The notes beneath the pieces were generated by a model, which saw only the letters and a program-made list of their open reading frames with translations, searched no databases and had not been told where the DNA came from. Positions 47,567-55,937 of a DNA stretch of 64,000 nt are shown in pieces. The translations under genes and the position numbers were made by a program. Origin of the DNA: Candidatus Limimorpha sp. (GTDB lineage Bacteria > Bacteroidota > Bacteroidia > Bacteroidales > F082). Positions within the stretch are counted from its first letter, which is position 1, and each line of letters begins with the position of its first letter. The stretch is from assembly GCA_045117495.1 (NCBI GenBank), contig JBGUNT010000089.1, positions 75 to 64,074 of the forward strand, given 5' to 3'.

Positions 47567-47639
47567 ACGCTTCGCGCGTCATTGTATGAGCGAGACCGCC
47601 GCGAGCGAAGCAAAGCGGCAGTCAGGCGCGAAGCGACGC
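47567..47639. repeat. degenerate family-A-like palindromic element
   Basis: Contains GCGTCATTGTATGAGCGAG. Outer stem ACGCTTCGCGCGTC with GGCGCGAAGCGACGC. Confidence 0.5.
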
Positions 47640-47640
47640 A

Positions 47641-47680
47641 AAAAAAAAGAAGGCCACCACAGATGTGATGGCCTTCTTAT
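47641..47680. terminator. bidirectional intrinsic terminator
   Basis: A8 run, hairpin GAAGGCCA...TGGCCTTC, T-rich tail. Lies between convergent dcp and the phosphatase gene. Confidence 0.75.
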
Positions 47681-47698
47681 TCTATTTTGTTTTTAAGC

Positions 47699-48433
47699 TT
47701 ATTCAAACAACTTCTTGTTGTTCTCCAGCAGGCGCTGCAGCTGCTCCAGCTCCTTGTCCTTCAGCTTGATCTCGGGCACAAACTTTCGGAAGTTCTCCAG
47801 ACCATGCATGTCGGAGCCCACATAGTCGTACATGCCTTCCTTCAGCATGTCGTGCGACTTCTCGTAGGCCGGATCGCCATAGACGCCCGCCAACGAAAGC
47901 AGGTTAAGCTGGAACTTATAGTTCTTGTCCTTCCAACGCAGGTAGTTGGCCTTGTTGGCGTATTGATAGCGCTCAGGATGGGCGATGACGGGCTGATAGC
48001 CCTCACACATGATGTCGTACAACATCTCGGTGATGCCATGCTCATACATCAGATAAGACGTCTCGCACAACACGTGGGTGCCCGCCTTGTCCAAACACAA
48101 GAATCCTTGCTTGTAATGCTTCATGAACTCGGCATCGAGCATGTACTCGGCCGCCAGCCGCAGCTCTATCTTGCTCACCTTGGTGGCTTCGGCCTTGAAG
48201 TCTTCAAAAGCCTTCATGATGGTCTCCCGTTCGTTGTCGGGATATTCCTTCATGAAATGCGGTGTAAGAATCATCTTGGTCACTCCCTTCGCCTCGAGCG
48301 TCTTCAGAGCTTCGAGCGACTTGCCCGTCGAGCGGAAACCGTCGTCGACGCCAGGGAGCAGGTGACAATGCATGTCGCAGGCTCCTTGGAAGAAGCCTTC
48401 AGGCAGTTTATGTCGGAATGAGAATAGTGGCAT
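47699..48433 (-). CDS. PHP-family protein-tyrosine phosphatase (CpsB/YwqE-like)
   Basis: N-terminal metal motif DMHCHLLPGVDDG. Later HPER motif. Adjacent to the tyrosine autokinase gene. Confidence 0.85.
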   Translation of the reverse strand: MPLFSFRHKLPEGFFQGACDMHCHLLPGVDDGFRSTGKSLEALKTLEAKGVTKMILTPHFMKEYPDNERETIMKAFEDFKAEATKVSKIELRLAAEYMLDAEFMKHYKQGFLCLDKAGTHVLCETSYLMYEHGITEMLYDIMCEGYQPVIAHPERYQYANKANYLRWKDKNYKFQLNLLSLAGVYGDPAYEKSHDMLKEGMYDYVGSDMHGLENFRKFVPEIKLKDKELEQLQRLLENNKKLFE

Positions 48434-50922
48434 CAGTTCTTGTCTTCTTCAGTGGATTCGGACGATTTATGGTGCTTGTGGTGATGGCGTTTCTTGAACA
48501 GGCCTTTCTTCTCGTCCTTTCCTTCGTCAATGCCATATCCGTAGCCGTAACCATAACCGTAACCATAACCATAACCGTAACCATAGCCGTAACCATAGCC
48601 GTAATAGCCATAACCGCGTTTCTTCTTGTTGACGGAGTTGAGCACCAGGCAGAGGTTCGGGAACTTACCATCTTTGTAGAACTTATCCACGTCGAAGAGC
48701 AAGCGCTTGTCGGTCTTGCCGGCCCTCAGCACGAAGATGGTGGTGTCGGCCACGCGCTTCACGATGTCGGAGTCGGCCACCATGCCCACCGGCACGTTGT
48801 CGAGGAAGACATAGTCGTAACGCTTGCGCAGCTCAGCGACCATAGCATCCAGGCGGTTGCTCATGAGTAGCTCGGCGGGGTTGGGCGGCACGGGGCCTGA
48901 GAAGATGATGTCCATATTGGGCACCGTAGTGTCGGAATGGATGATATCATCGATACGATCGGTCTTGCCCGACAGGTAGTTCGACACGCCAGCGCGGGTG
49001 CCTACGCCGAAGACCTTGAACATGGTACCCTTTCGGATGTCCAAGTCGACGAGGACCACCTTACGCGAAGCCCATGCGAAGCTCGAAGCCAAGTTGGACG
49101 AGACAAAGGTCTTGCCCGACGACACCATGAAGGAGGTGAACATGACCACATGCGAGCCTTCCTTCTGGGCTTTCATATACTCGAGGTTGGAGCGGATCAG
49201 GCGGAACGACTCCGAAATGGAATCGCGGCCGTTCTCACGCACCACGATGGCATGGCCTTCCACACTCTTCTCATAAGGCACATCGCCCAAGAACGGCACC
49301 TTGGTAGCCTTTTCCACATCTGCCCTGTCGTGGACAGCGGTATCAAGCAGCCTGCGGAGCAGCATGATGGCGGCAGGGATGGCCAAACCGATCAAAATGC
49401 CCATCATAACGGACTTCTTCTCGTCGGGTGCCACCGGCCTGTTGTTGGGAGCAGCGTAGTCAATGACACGGGAAGCTGCTTCCAATTGAGGGCCTGTCAA
49501 AAGGAGCTCCTCACGTTTAGTCAGTAACTGCAGGTAAAGCTTCTCCTTGATGTTCTGCATACGTCCCACCTCGTTCAGTTCCAACTGGGCAGTAGGCACC
49601 GACTGGATCTGGGCATTGGCAATGCTACGCTCACGGTCGGCTGCATCGATACGGGTCTGCAAACCTTGCAGGTTGCTTTCCAACATAGCCAAAATCGACG
49701 AACGCAACGTCCTTTGTGATTCCTGCAGGTTAACTGCCACAGGATTGTTCATAGTTCCATCAGCCCTATATTCTTCCAGCGTGGTTTGATTGTCATTATA
49801 CTTCTTGATGATAGCAGCCGCTTCTCCACTAATACTCACAGCACCAATGGGAATCACCTGACCCTCATTATTTTCAATGAAGTTGATCAAAAACCGCACA
49901 TTACCCGCTTGGTCTCTTAATTTTTTTGCCTCTTCAGTAGAAGCCGCACTGCTGGCAACATAGGTCTGGCCAAAGGATTTGGTATCAATCAAATTATGCG
50001 AACGCTTGAAGTCTACAAATACTCTCTCATAATCCTGAATGTCGTTCATCAAGTAGGTAATACGGTCATTGATAAAAGCCTCAGAATAATCCAAGATCCT
50101 TTGTTGGTCATCAATGGACTCCTGGTTGTACACATCAATCAAGGTATTAAGAGCATCAGCTGCGCGCAAAGGCGAGGTATCTTGTAGTGAGAGTCTCAAA
50201 ATGGAGTTACGATCGTTATCCCTTCTCACGCCAATACGTCCACGATAAGAAGCCGCCACCGCTGAAAGCGGCTTACGACTCACAGTAATAGGCGTGTTGA
50301 TATAATCCTTATAGATCCAAGTAGGGGCAATCACCACGCGACCCTGGGGAATCATCACCGTATCGTTCAGCTTTACCTTCATGGAGGGCACATTGCCACC
50401 GACATCTTCCAGCATGACAAAACTGTTGTCGACAGGACGCACCGTAAAGGAAACACCAGCTTCTTCTTCCATACCAGGGAAGGCCACTTCAACCGGTGAG
50501 GTCTTATAAAGGTCCTTATTACGCTTGGCCACCTTCGTCTTGTATGAATACATGGTGTTCAGATTCAGCTGACGCACCATGTTTTCCATATTGGTCTGCG
50601 ACTTCAGCACCATCATCTCATTTTGAACAGAGCTAATGGCCACACCTTGCCCCGTGATGGCACTGATAGCCGTTGAACCTCGGGAATCCGAGCCGCCACT
50701 AGCCACCGTTTTGACCATAATGGAAGCCGAACTGGCATAAATCCTTTCCTGATTTCGAACCTTATAATAGGCATACATTCCACAAATAGCAGCACAGAGA
50801 ACAAACCAATGCAGATTGCGCAGCACCAAAAAGAGAAAGTCCTTAAACTTAAAACCGCTATTGTTATCCTCATCCAAAAATGAGGTGTTATTGGAATTGT
50901 TGTTAATCTGATTGTTATCCAT
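48433..50922 (-). CDS. polysaccharide co-polymerase / tyrosine autokinase (Wzc-like)
   Basis: Wzz-type periplasmic region flanked by two TM helices. Walker A SSGKTFVSSNLA, A' VLVDLDIRKG, Walker B YVFLDNVP. C-terminal Tyr cluster. Confidence 0.9.
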   Translation of the reverse strand: MDNNQINNNSNNTSFLDEDNNSGFKFKDFLFLVLRNLHWFVLCAAICGMYAYYKVRNQERIYASSASIMVKTVASGGSDSRGSTAISAITGQGVAISSVQNEMMVLKSQTNMENMVRQLNLNTMYSYKTKVAKRNKDLYKTSPVEVAFPGMEEEAGVSFTVRPVDNSFVMLEDVGGNVPSMKVKLNDTVMIPQGRVVIAPTWIYKDYINTPITVSRKPLSAVAASYRGRIGVRRDNDRNSILRLSLQDTSPLRAADALNTLIDVYNQESIDDQQRILDYSEAFINDRITYLMNDIQDYERVFVDFKRSHNLIDTKSFGQTYVASSAASTEEAKKLRDQAGNVRFLINFIENNEGQVIPIGAVSISGEAAAIIKKYNDNQTTLEEYRADGTMNNPVAVNLQESQRTLRSSILAMLESNLQGLQTRIDAADRERSIANAQIQSVPTAQLELNEVGRMQNIKEKLYLQLLTKREELLLTGPQLEAASRVIDYAAPNNRPVAPDEKKSVMMGILIGLAIPAAIMLLRRLLDTAVHDRADVEKATKVPFLGDVPYEKSVEGHAIVVRENGRDSISESFRLIRSNLEYMKAQKEGSHVVMFTSFMVSSGKTFVSSNLASSFAWASRKVVLVDLDIRKGTMFKVFGVGTRAGVSNYLSGKTDRIDDIIHSDTTVPNMDIIFSGPVPPNPAELLMSNRLDAMVAELRKRYDYVFLDNVPVGMVADSDIVKRVADTTIFVLRAGKTDKRLLFDVDKFYKDGKFPNLCLVLNSVNKKKRGYGYYGYGYGYGYGYGYGYGYGYGYGYGIDEGKDEKKGLFKKRHHHKHHKSSESTEEDKN
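48532..48616 (-). repeat. coding (Gly-Tyr)n dipeptide repeat, about 13 units, in the Wzc C-terminal tail
   Basis: Translation RGYGYYGYGYGYGYGYGYGYGYGYGYGYGID. Codons alternate between GGT/GGC and TAT/TAC. Confidence 0.9.
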
Positions 50923-50984
50923 TGCTCAAATATAATTGTAAAACAACTCTTAGATTGCAAAAGAGATATGCTTATTGATTGGGT

Positions 50985-51779
50985 TTAATGATTCTGCTTA
51001 TTGATAACTTCACGGAAAGTCAGGTATAGGGTAACCATAGATCCAATCGAGGTAATGGCCGACAGCAGCCAAGTCCAGTTGGAATAGCCCTCGCGGAGGA
51101 AACGGCGGGTGCCTGCTTCGGTGAAAATGATATCGTTTTGCTGCAACAAGTAGAACTCGTCATCAAAGATATCTACGGATCGTGGATCCAGATAATGGAT
51201 TACCATCCTGCCATTCACCTCGCGCATCACGCCAATGCGGTCACGACGGGTATACAACTCTAATCCTCCAGCCATAGCCAAAGCCTCCAAGAAAGTGCAA
51301 CGCTCTTCCGTAATGTTCAACACCTTGCCGCTTTCCGTACCAAGGAAAAACACCTTGAAATTCAAAAAACGAACCATCACATTGGGATTACTCAAATAGC
51401 CATTGGATTTCAGCTTATTCATTATCAAGTCCTGCAACTGCAAACGCGTCAAACCGGCCACATGTAACTCACCCAGAATGGGAAATTCAATGTTGCCATT
51501 TACATCCACTAAATAACCCATACGATTGTTTGTATTATTGGTTCCTACCGTACCCAACACATTGAAAGGCTTCACCAACTCATCATTCTTGCCATCACTT
51601 AAAACATAGATACTCAACTCGTCATAAGGAACTATGGTGGCCTCAAACTTATCGTTCAAAGGTACCCCATATTCGGGCATGTCGCGCAAATAGCGCACTT
51701 TTTTGGAAGTGACACAAGAAGTGGTAATCAAGCCCAAGAGGGCGATTGAAAACAGGAACAAAAATATTGATTTTTTCAT
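50985..51779 (-). CDS. polysaccharide export outer-membrane protein (Wza-like)
   Basis: Start moved to MKKSIFLFLFSIALL with lipobox-like TTSC. Poly_export and SLBB-like segments. Confidence 0.82.
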   Translation of the reverse strand: MKKSIFLFLFSIALLGLITTSCVTSKKVRYLRDMPEYGVPLNDKFEATIVPYDELSIYVLSDGKNDELVKPFNVLGTVGTNNTNNRMGYLVDVNGNIEFPILGELHVAGLTRLQLQDLIMNKLKSNGYLSNPNVMVRFLNFKVFFLGTESGKVLNITEERCTFLEALAMAGGLELYTRRDRIGVMREVNGRMVIHYLDPRSVDIFDDEFYLLQQNDIIFTEAGTRRFLREGYSNWTWLLSAITSIGSMVTLYLTFREVINKQNH

Positions 51780-51802
51780 AGAAACGCGCGTTTTTGAATG
51801 TG

Positions 51803-51810
51803 CAAAAATA
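51803..51810 (-). promoter_or_regulatory. -7 box (TATTTTTG on minus strand) upstream of wza
   Basis: Plus-strand CAAAAATA, 24 nt upstream of the ATG at 51779. Confidence 0.45.
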
Positions 51811-51852
51811 CAAATTATTCTGAAAAATGGTATGCTTTTTATCCCCAAAAAC

Positions 51853-52659
51853 TCAACTTTTCCAATAGGATTCTACCAACTTACGGTATACCTTGGCAAC
51901 GCCCTTGTTGTTTTTGGCCATCAGCTTCAGGTTATTTCTCAACAACTCCCTAAGATGCAGCCAGTTCCATTGAGCCCAACTGCCTGTCCACAAGGTATGG
52001 GCTAGGATCATCGCCTTTTCGGGAAAACCGCCCTCTTCAATGCATTTCACAATCTCTTGGGTGGTATGGAATTTCAGCCCGAAGCCACTTTCCACCACAT
52101 CACGGACAGCGTATTTGCCACCATCCCAGGCATAGCCCGTGTCGGTAAGATAGAAAACCTGGTTGAAATCAACAGACAAATAAGGCTCGCCCACCAAACC
52201 ATAATCGGAAAGTTGGTGGTTCTTCCACAACAAGCGGTTATCATATTTCGAAGTCGAGCTGCCATGCATGCACACCGAGCGCACGGGGTAGTATTCCCTG
52301 AAATATGCTAAATGCTTCTCAAACGAAGCCATGGCTTTCGCCTCATCGCCTTCGGCCAGGGCCAAGTCCTCGTAATGATAGCCCACCTCATGACCAAGTT
52401 CCGCGATTTGCCGGATCACTTCGGGCACATTGCTCTGCTTGACGATGCGGAAAAAGTAGGTGGCACGAATGCCAAGGCTGTTCTCAAGCTGTGCCATCTT
52501 CAAGGCATTCCAAGCTTTTTCGTCCACATCATGGCGCAACACCACGGTCTTGCCTTGAGCAGGGGAAAGCATGAAGTCGCCGAAGGTTTGAAAGGTATAA
52601 CCTGCCTCCTTCAATGCGACCATCAGTGTCTTATAGGACTTTAAGGTAAAATCACGCAT
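51853..52659 (-). CDS. polysaccharide-deacetylase-like (CE4-related) protein
   Basis: 268 aa. LRHDVD motif and conserved His residues resemble divergent NodB-fold enzymes. Sits in a capsule locus. Confidence 0.45.
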   Translation of the reverse strand: MRDFTLKSYKTLMVALKEAGYTFQTFGDFMLSPAQGKTVVLRHDVDEKAWNALKMAQLENSLGIRATYFFRIVKQSNVPEVIRQIAELGHEVGYHYEDLALAEGDEAKAMASFEKHLAYFREYYPVRSVCMHGSSTSKYDNRLLWKNHQLSDYGLVGEPYLSVDFNQVFYLTDTGYAWDGGKYAVRDVVESGFGLKFHTTQEIVKCIEEGGFPEKAMILAHTLWTGSWAQWNWLHLRELLRNNLKLMAKNNKGVAKVYRKLVESYWKS

Positions 52660-52662
52660 GCC

Positions 52663-53190
52663 TCATTTCTTGTCGAAGGGTTCAAGAAGCGGATTCAAGT
52701 CTTTCACCACCTTGGCTGGGACACCCGCAACCAACACGCGCGGGGGCACGTCCTTCGTCACCACGGAGCCCGTCGCCACCACCGCCTCGTCACCAATGGT
52801 AACGCCCGGGATGATGGTCACATTCGGCATGATCCAAACGCCCTTGCCGATGGTGGTCTTCTTGATGGTCCGAGGATAGATGTTTTTCAAGATTGTGTCG
52901 GAAGGTATGTTGGCGTGTGCCGTGATGATGGCGCGGTCGCCAATCGACGAATGGTCGCCGATGCTGATTTGGTCCGTAAACACCCGGTCAAAAATCACCT
53001 CATGGCCAATATAGACGCCCTTCCCTATTTTCACTCCACGCCAACGCTGCATCACCGTCCGCCACGACTTGATGGGCGTGATGAAAATCAACTTGTCAAG
53101 AAAGAAACGCCACAGGAATTTGATGGCGTACCAAATCTTTCCGAAAAAGCTGTCCAAACCATAAAACTGAAGTACTTCTTTTGCTGGCAT
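52663..53190 (-). CDS. hexapeptide-repeat O-acyltransferase (WcaF/Mac-like)
   Basis: Left-handed beta-helix repeats (IGDHSSIGDRAIIT, IGKGVWIMPNVTIIPGVTIGDEAVVATGSVV). Confidence 0.8.
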   Translation of the reverse strand: MPAKEVLQFYGLDSFFGKIWYAIKFLWRFFLDKLIFITPIKSWRTVMQRWRGVKIGKGVYIGHEVIFDRVFTDQISIGDHSSIGDRAIITAHANIPSDTILKNIYPRTIKKTTIGKGVWIMPNVTIIPGVTIGDEAVVATGSVVTKDVPPRVLVAGVPAKVVKDLNPLLEPFDKK

Positions 53191-53192
53191 AA

Positions 53193-54125
53193 TTATTCCG
53201 ATTTACGTTGATAGAGTTCTTTGCAGGTAATAAACTCAAATGACTTCTTTTGGAAGAACGACAATTCCTTCTCAAAAATGGGTAAGGCTTTCTCGCCCAG
53301 GTTTTTCACTTTGAGCTTGTGGCGTAGCACATCGCCCAAAAGATAAGAGATATAATTGTTTGCACGGCGTTCGATCTTGCCTCCTTCCCAGTCCTCATCG
53401 ATAAACTCGTTGGGATGGGTGAGAAACACAAACTGTCGGCCGTTGCAACAGGTCTCCCAATACAAGACGCGACGGGTCATTCGATTCAAGCCTGGAGCAA
53501 TGCGCATGAAGGTACCAATATACGGGAAACCCATAGCAGAAATGGGCACCTCAAGCACTTGAGAATCGCCTTTTTTAAAGATGTTGTCTAGGTTGACGAA
53601 ATAGGCTTTACGTGGTGCCGTAATCCAATGGAGCTTCTTCAGAGCGCCAAAAGAAAACATCATATCGAAGCGCTGTGAGGCAACCGAGCTGTCCACTTTG
53701 AAGCCCGCCTCCTTCATGATCATCGGGAAGTGTTCATCCACACGTGCTGCCGGTGCCCTAAACGAGACCACTTCGTCTCCGATGATATTTTCGAGAATCT
53801 GCTTGGATTGTTTCAGATGAGCGAGTTGTTCTTCAGGGGTAAGCACGTCGAAGGCTTTGCTCACCTCGTGGGTCAGGCCGTGGGAGCCCACCTCGTGGCC
53901 GCGTTCGTAGGCCATCTTCACCACCTCAGGATAGAGTTGGGCAATATGGCCCGTGTAGAAGAACGTGGCTTTAACGCCAAACTTGTCGTAGAGGTCAAGT
54001 AGGCGTGGCATGCCTTGGGTCAGCACATACCCGCCCGTCTTGTCACGAAGCTTGTGATTAAGGATCGACGTGGTCTCCACGTCATTGGTGATAAGACAAA
54101 TGCGTTCTTTATTCATTCGCAACAA
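53193..54125 (-). CDS. polysaccharide deacetylase (NodB homology domain)
   Basis: Motifs TNDVE, HGLTHE and FRAP. The start may be the second Met, at 54116. Confidence 0.78.
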   Translation of the reverse strand: MLRMNKERICLITNDVETTSILNHKLRDKTGGYVLTQGMPRLLDLYDKFGVKATFFYTGHIAQLYPEVVKMAYERGHEVGSHGLTHEVSKAFDVLTPEEQLAHLKQSKQILENIIGDEVVSFRAPAARVDEHFPMIMKEAGFKVDSSVASQRFDMMFSFGALKKLHWITAPRKAYFVNLDNIFKKGDSQVLEVPISAMGFPYIGTFMRIAPGLNRMTRRVLYWETCCNGRQFVFLTHPNEFIDEDWEGGKIERRANNYISYLLGDVLRHKLKVKNLGEKALPIFEKELSFFQKKSFEFITCKELYQRKSE

Positions 54126-54155
54126 AGATACAAATATATTACAATCCTGTCAATT

Positions 54156-54479
54156 CTAAAAAATCCGTTCCATCCTTTGCCACTTCTCGGTTGAACTCGC
54201 TCCGGCGGCGCAGCTCTGGAATTGCGAGACGTAGGCTTCCCACTCTGCTTGCCTTGGCAGCATGGCCAATCGGGCCATGTCGCGGTCGAAGTCGAAGTCG
54301 TCTACCGTGTCCATGATCATGAAGAGCTGGCGGCCGTGGCGGTAGATCTGCATGTCGAGGATGCCTACCTCGCGCTGACCAGCTATGACTTCGGGCCAGA
54401 CGTGGGAGTGGGCTTCGCAGTATTTCTCAATGAGATAGGGATCGTCAACGAGCGTTAGGGTTTGGCAATAACGTTTCAT
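54156..54479 (-). CDS. L-rhamnose/L-fucose mutarotase-family protein
   Basis: 107 aa. RhaM-family signature HSHVWPEV...MQIYRHGRQLFMIMDT. Directly downstream of fucP. Confidence 0.78.
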   Translation of the reverse strand: MKRYCQTLTLVDDPYLIEKYCEAHSHVWPEVIAGQREVGILDMQIYRHGRQLFMIMDTVDDFDFDRDMARLAMLPRQAEWEAYVSQFQSCAAGASSTEKWQRMERIF

Positions 54480-54568
54480 TTCACTCAGATTATATGTTTT
54501 TTTATTTCACACAGATTACACGGATGGCACAGATTTTATTCACCTACGGTGAATTTGTCATACAGATA

Positions 54569-55864
54569 TCACATATTTTGATTCACCTTGCGGTGAATTG
54601 ATGAAGCACGAACACCATATATAGTGACGATAATGAAACACAACAAAGGCAGCGCATAACTGACATTCACGGCAGGATGTCCCATGACCGTGCCACAATC
54701 GATAATCATCCCTTGCAGCGGGGGCATGAGGGCGCCACCCACGATGGCCATCACGAGGAAAGCGGCTCCCAACGAAGCATCCTCGAGGCTCACATCCTCC
54801 AAGGCCGTGCCATAGATGGTGGGGAACATCAGGCTCATGAAAAAGCTGATGCCTATCAGGCAGTAAAGTCCCGCTTTACCTACAATCAAGATGGCTCCCA
54901 ACGTGCATAGCGCTGCACAAATCCCAAAGATGGTCAGCAGACGTCTGCCGTCGGTGTATTTCATCAGCCAAGTGGAGAGGAAACGCCCTACCAAGAACAG
55001 GCACATGGCAAGGATGTTATAGTTCTGCGCCGTGGCCTTGTCGATGCCCAAGTTATCGGCATAGTGGATGATGAAGGTCCATACCATAATCTGCGCCGCC
55101 ACATAAAACACTTGCGCGATCACACCTTCGCGATAGACTTTGTTGGTCCAAAGCCGTTTCATCGTACCCCTAGTGGCCATTGTCGCTTGTCCCTCGGCCT
55201 TTGGCACTTTGACCAGCGCGATGATCACGAACATCACGACCACTACAATGCCCAAGGCCACATACGGGTCGCGTATCACCGCCAAGTCGTGCAACCTGAT
55301 CTCAGCCTTCTCTGCCTCGCTCAGCATCGGAAACAGGATGTTGCCTGCGGCATCCCTCTTGTCGGAAAGCAAGTTGGGCAGCACAATCATGCTGGCCACG
55401 GCCATGCCTGCCAGCGAACCCATGGGGTTGAAGGCCTGTGAAAGGTTGAGCCGTCGTGTGGAATTCTCCTTCGGGCCTAATGAAAGGATGAAGGGATTGG
55501 CCGTCGTCTCAAGGAAAGCCAGGCCGAAGGTAAGGATATAGAGGCTGAAGCAGAAGAAGGTGAAGCTCTGACGAGCAGCAGCTGGGATGAATAGAAAGGC
55601 TCCGATGGCATAGAGCGCAAGTCCTAACAAGATGCCTTTCTTATAGCTGTAACGCCGGATGAACAGGGCTGCGGGCACCGCCATGGTGGCATAGCCGCCA
55701 TAGAAGGCGAACTGAATGAGCGACGCCTTGGCAGCGGGCAGTTCCATCAAGGTCTGGAACGCAGCCACCATTGGGTTGGTGATGTCGTTGGCGAAGCCCC
55801 ACAGCGCGAAGAGGGTTGTGATGGCGATGAAGGGCAGCAGGTACTTTTTCTCAACGAGCTTCAT
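54569..55864 (-). CDS. fucP: L-fucose:H+ symporter (MFS)
   Basis: N-terminal signature LFALWGFANDITNPMV. 12 TM segments. Confidence 0.88.
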   Translation of the reverse strand: MKLVEKKYLLPFIAITTLFALWGFANDITNPMVAAFQTLMELPAAKASLIQFAFYGGYATMAVPAALFIRRYSYKKGILLGLALYAIGAFLFIPAAARQSFTFFCFSLYILTFGLAFLETTANPFILSLGPKENSTRRLNLSQAFNPMGSLAGMAVASMIVLPNLLSDKRDAAGNILFPMLSEAEKAEIRLHDLAVIRDPYVALGIVVVVMFVIIALVKVPKAEGQATMATRGTMKRLWTNKVYREGVIAQVFYVAAQIMVWTFIIHYADNLGIDKATAQNYNILAMCLFLVGRFLSTWLMKYTDGRRLLTIFGICAALCTLGAILIVGKAGLYCLIGISFFMSLMFPTIYGTALEDVSLEDASLGAAFLVMAIVGGALMPPLQGMIIDCGTVMGHPAVNVSYALPLLCFIIVTIYGVRASSIHRKVNQNM

Positions 55865-55937
55865 TATATTAAAGTTGAGAGTTTAGAGTTTAGAGTTTAG
55901 AGTTGTGGAAAGTGTAGAGTGTAGAGTTATTGAGTAT
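55865..55937 (-). promoter_or_regulatory. G-free heptamer-repeat leader (CTCTNNA)n upstream of fucP
   Basis: 73 nt with no C on the plus strand. The minus strand reads ...CTCTACACTCTACAC...CCACAACTCTAAACTCTAAACTCTAAACTCTCAACTTTAATATA-ATG. It fills the whole spacer between the kinase stop and the fucP ATG. Confidence 0.7.

Noticed and set aside
48418-48870. Plus-strand ORF with a VTITVTITITVTIAV repeat, and the possibility that 48532-48616 is a CRISPR or microsatellite locus.
   Set aside because: It is the antisense reading of the Gly-Tyr coding repeat of wzc. The 6-nt units have no spacers, so this is not a CRISPR array.
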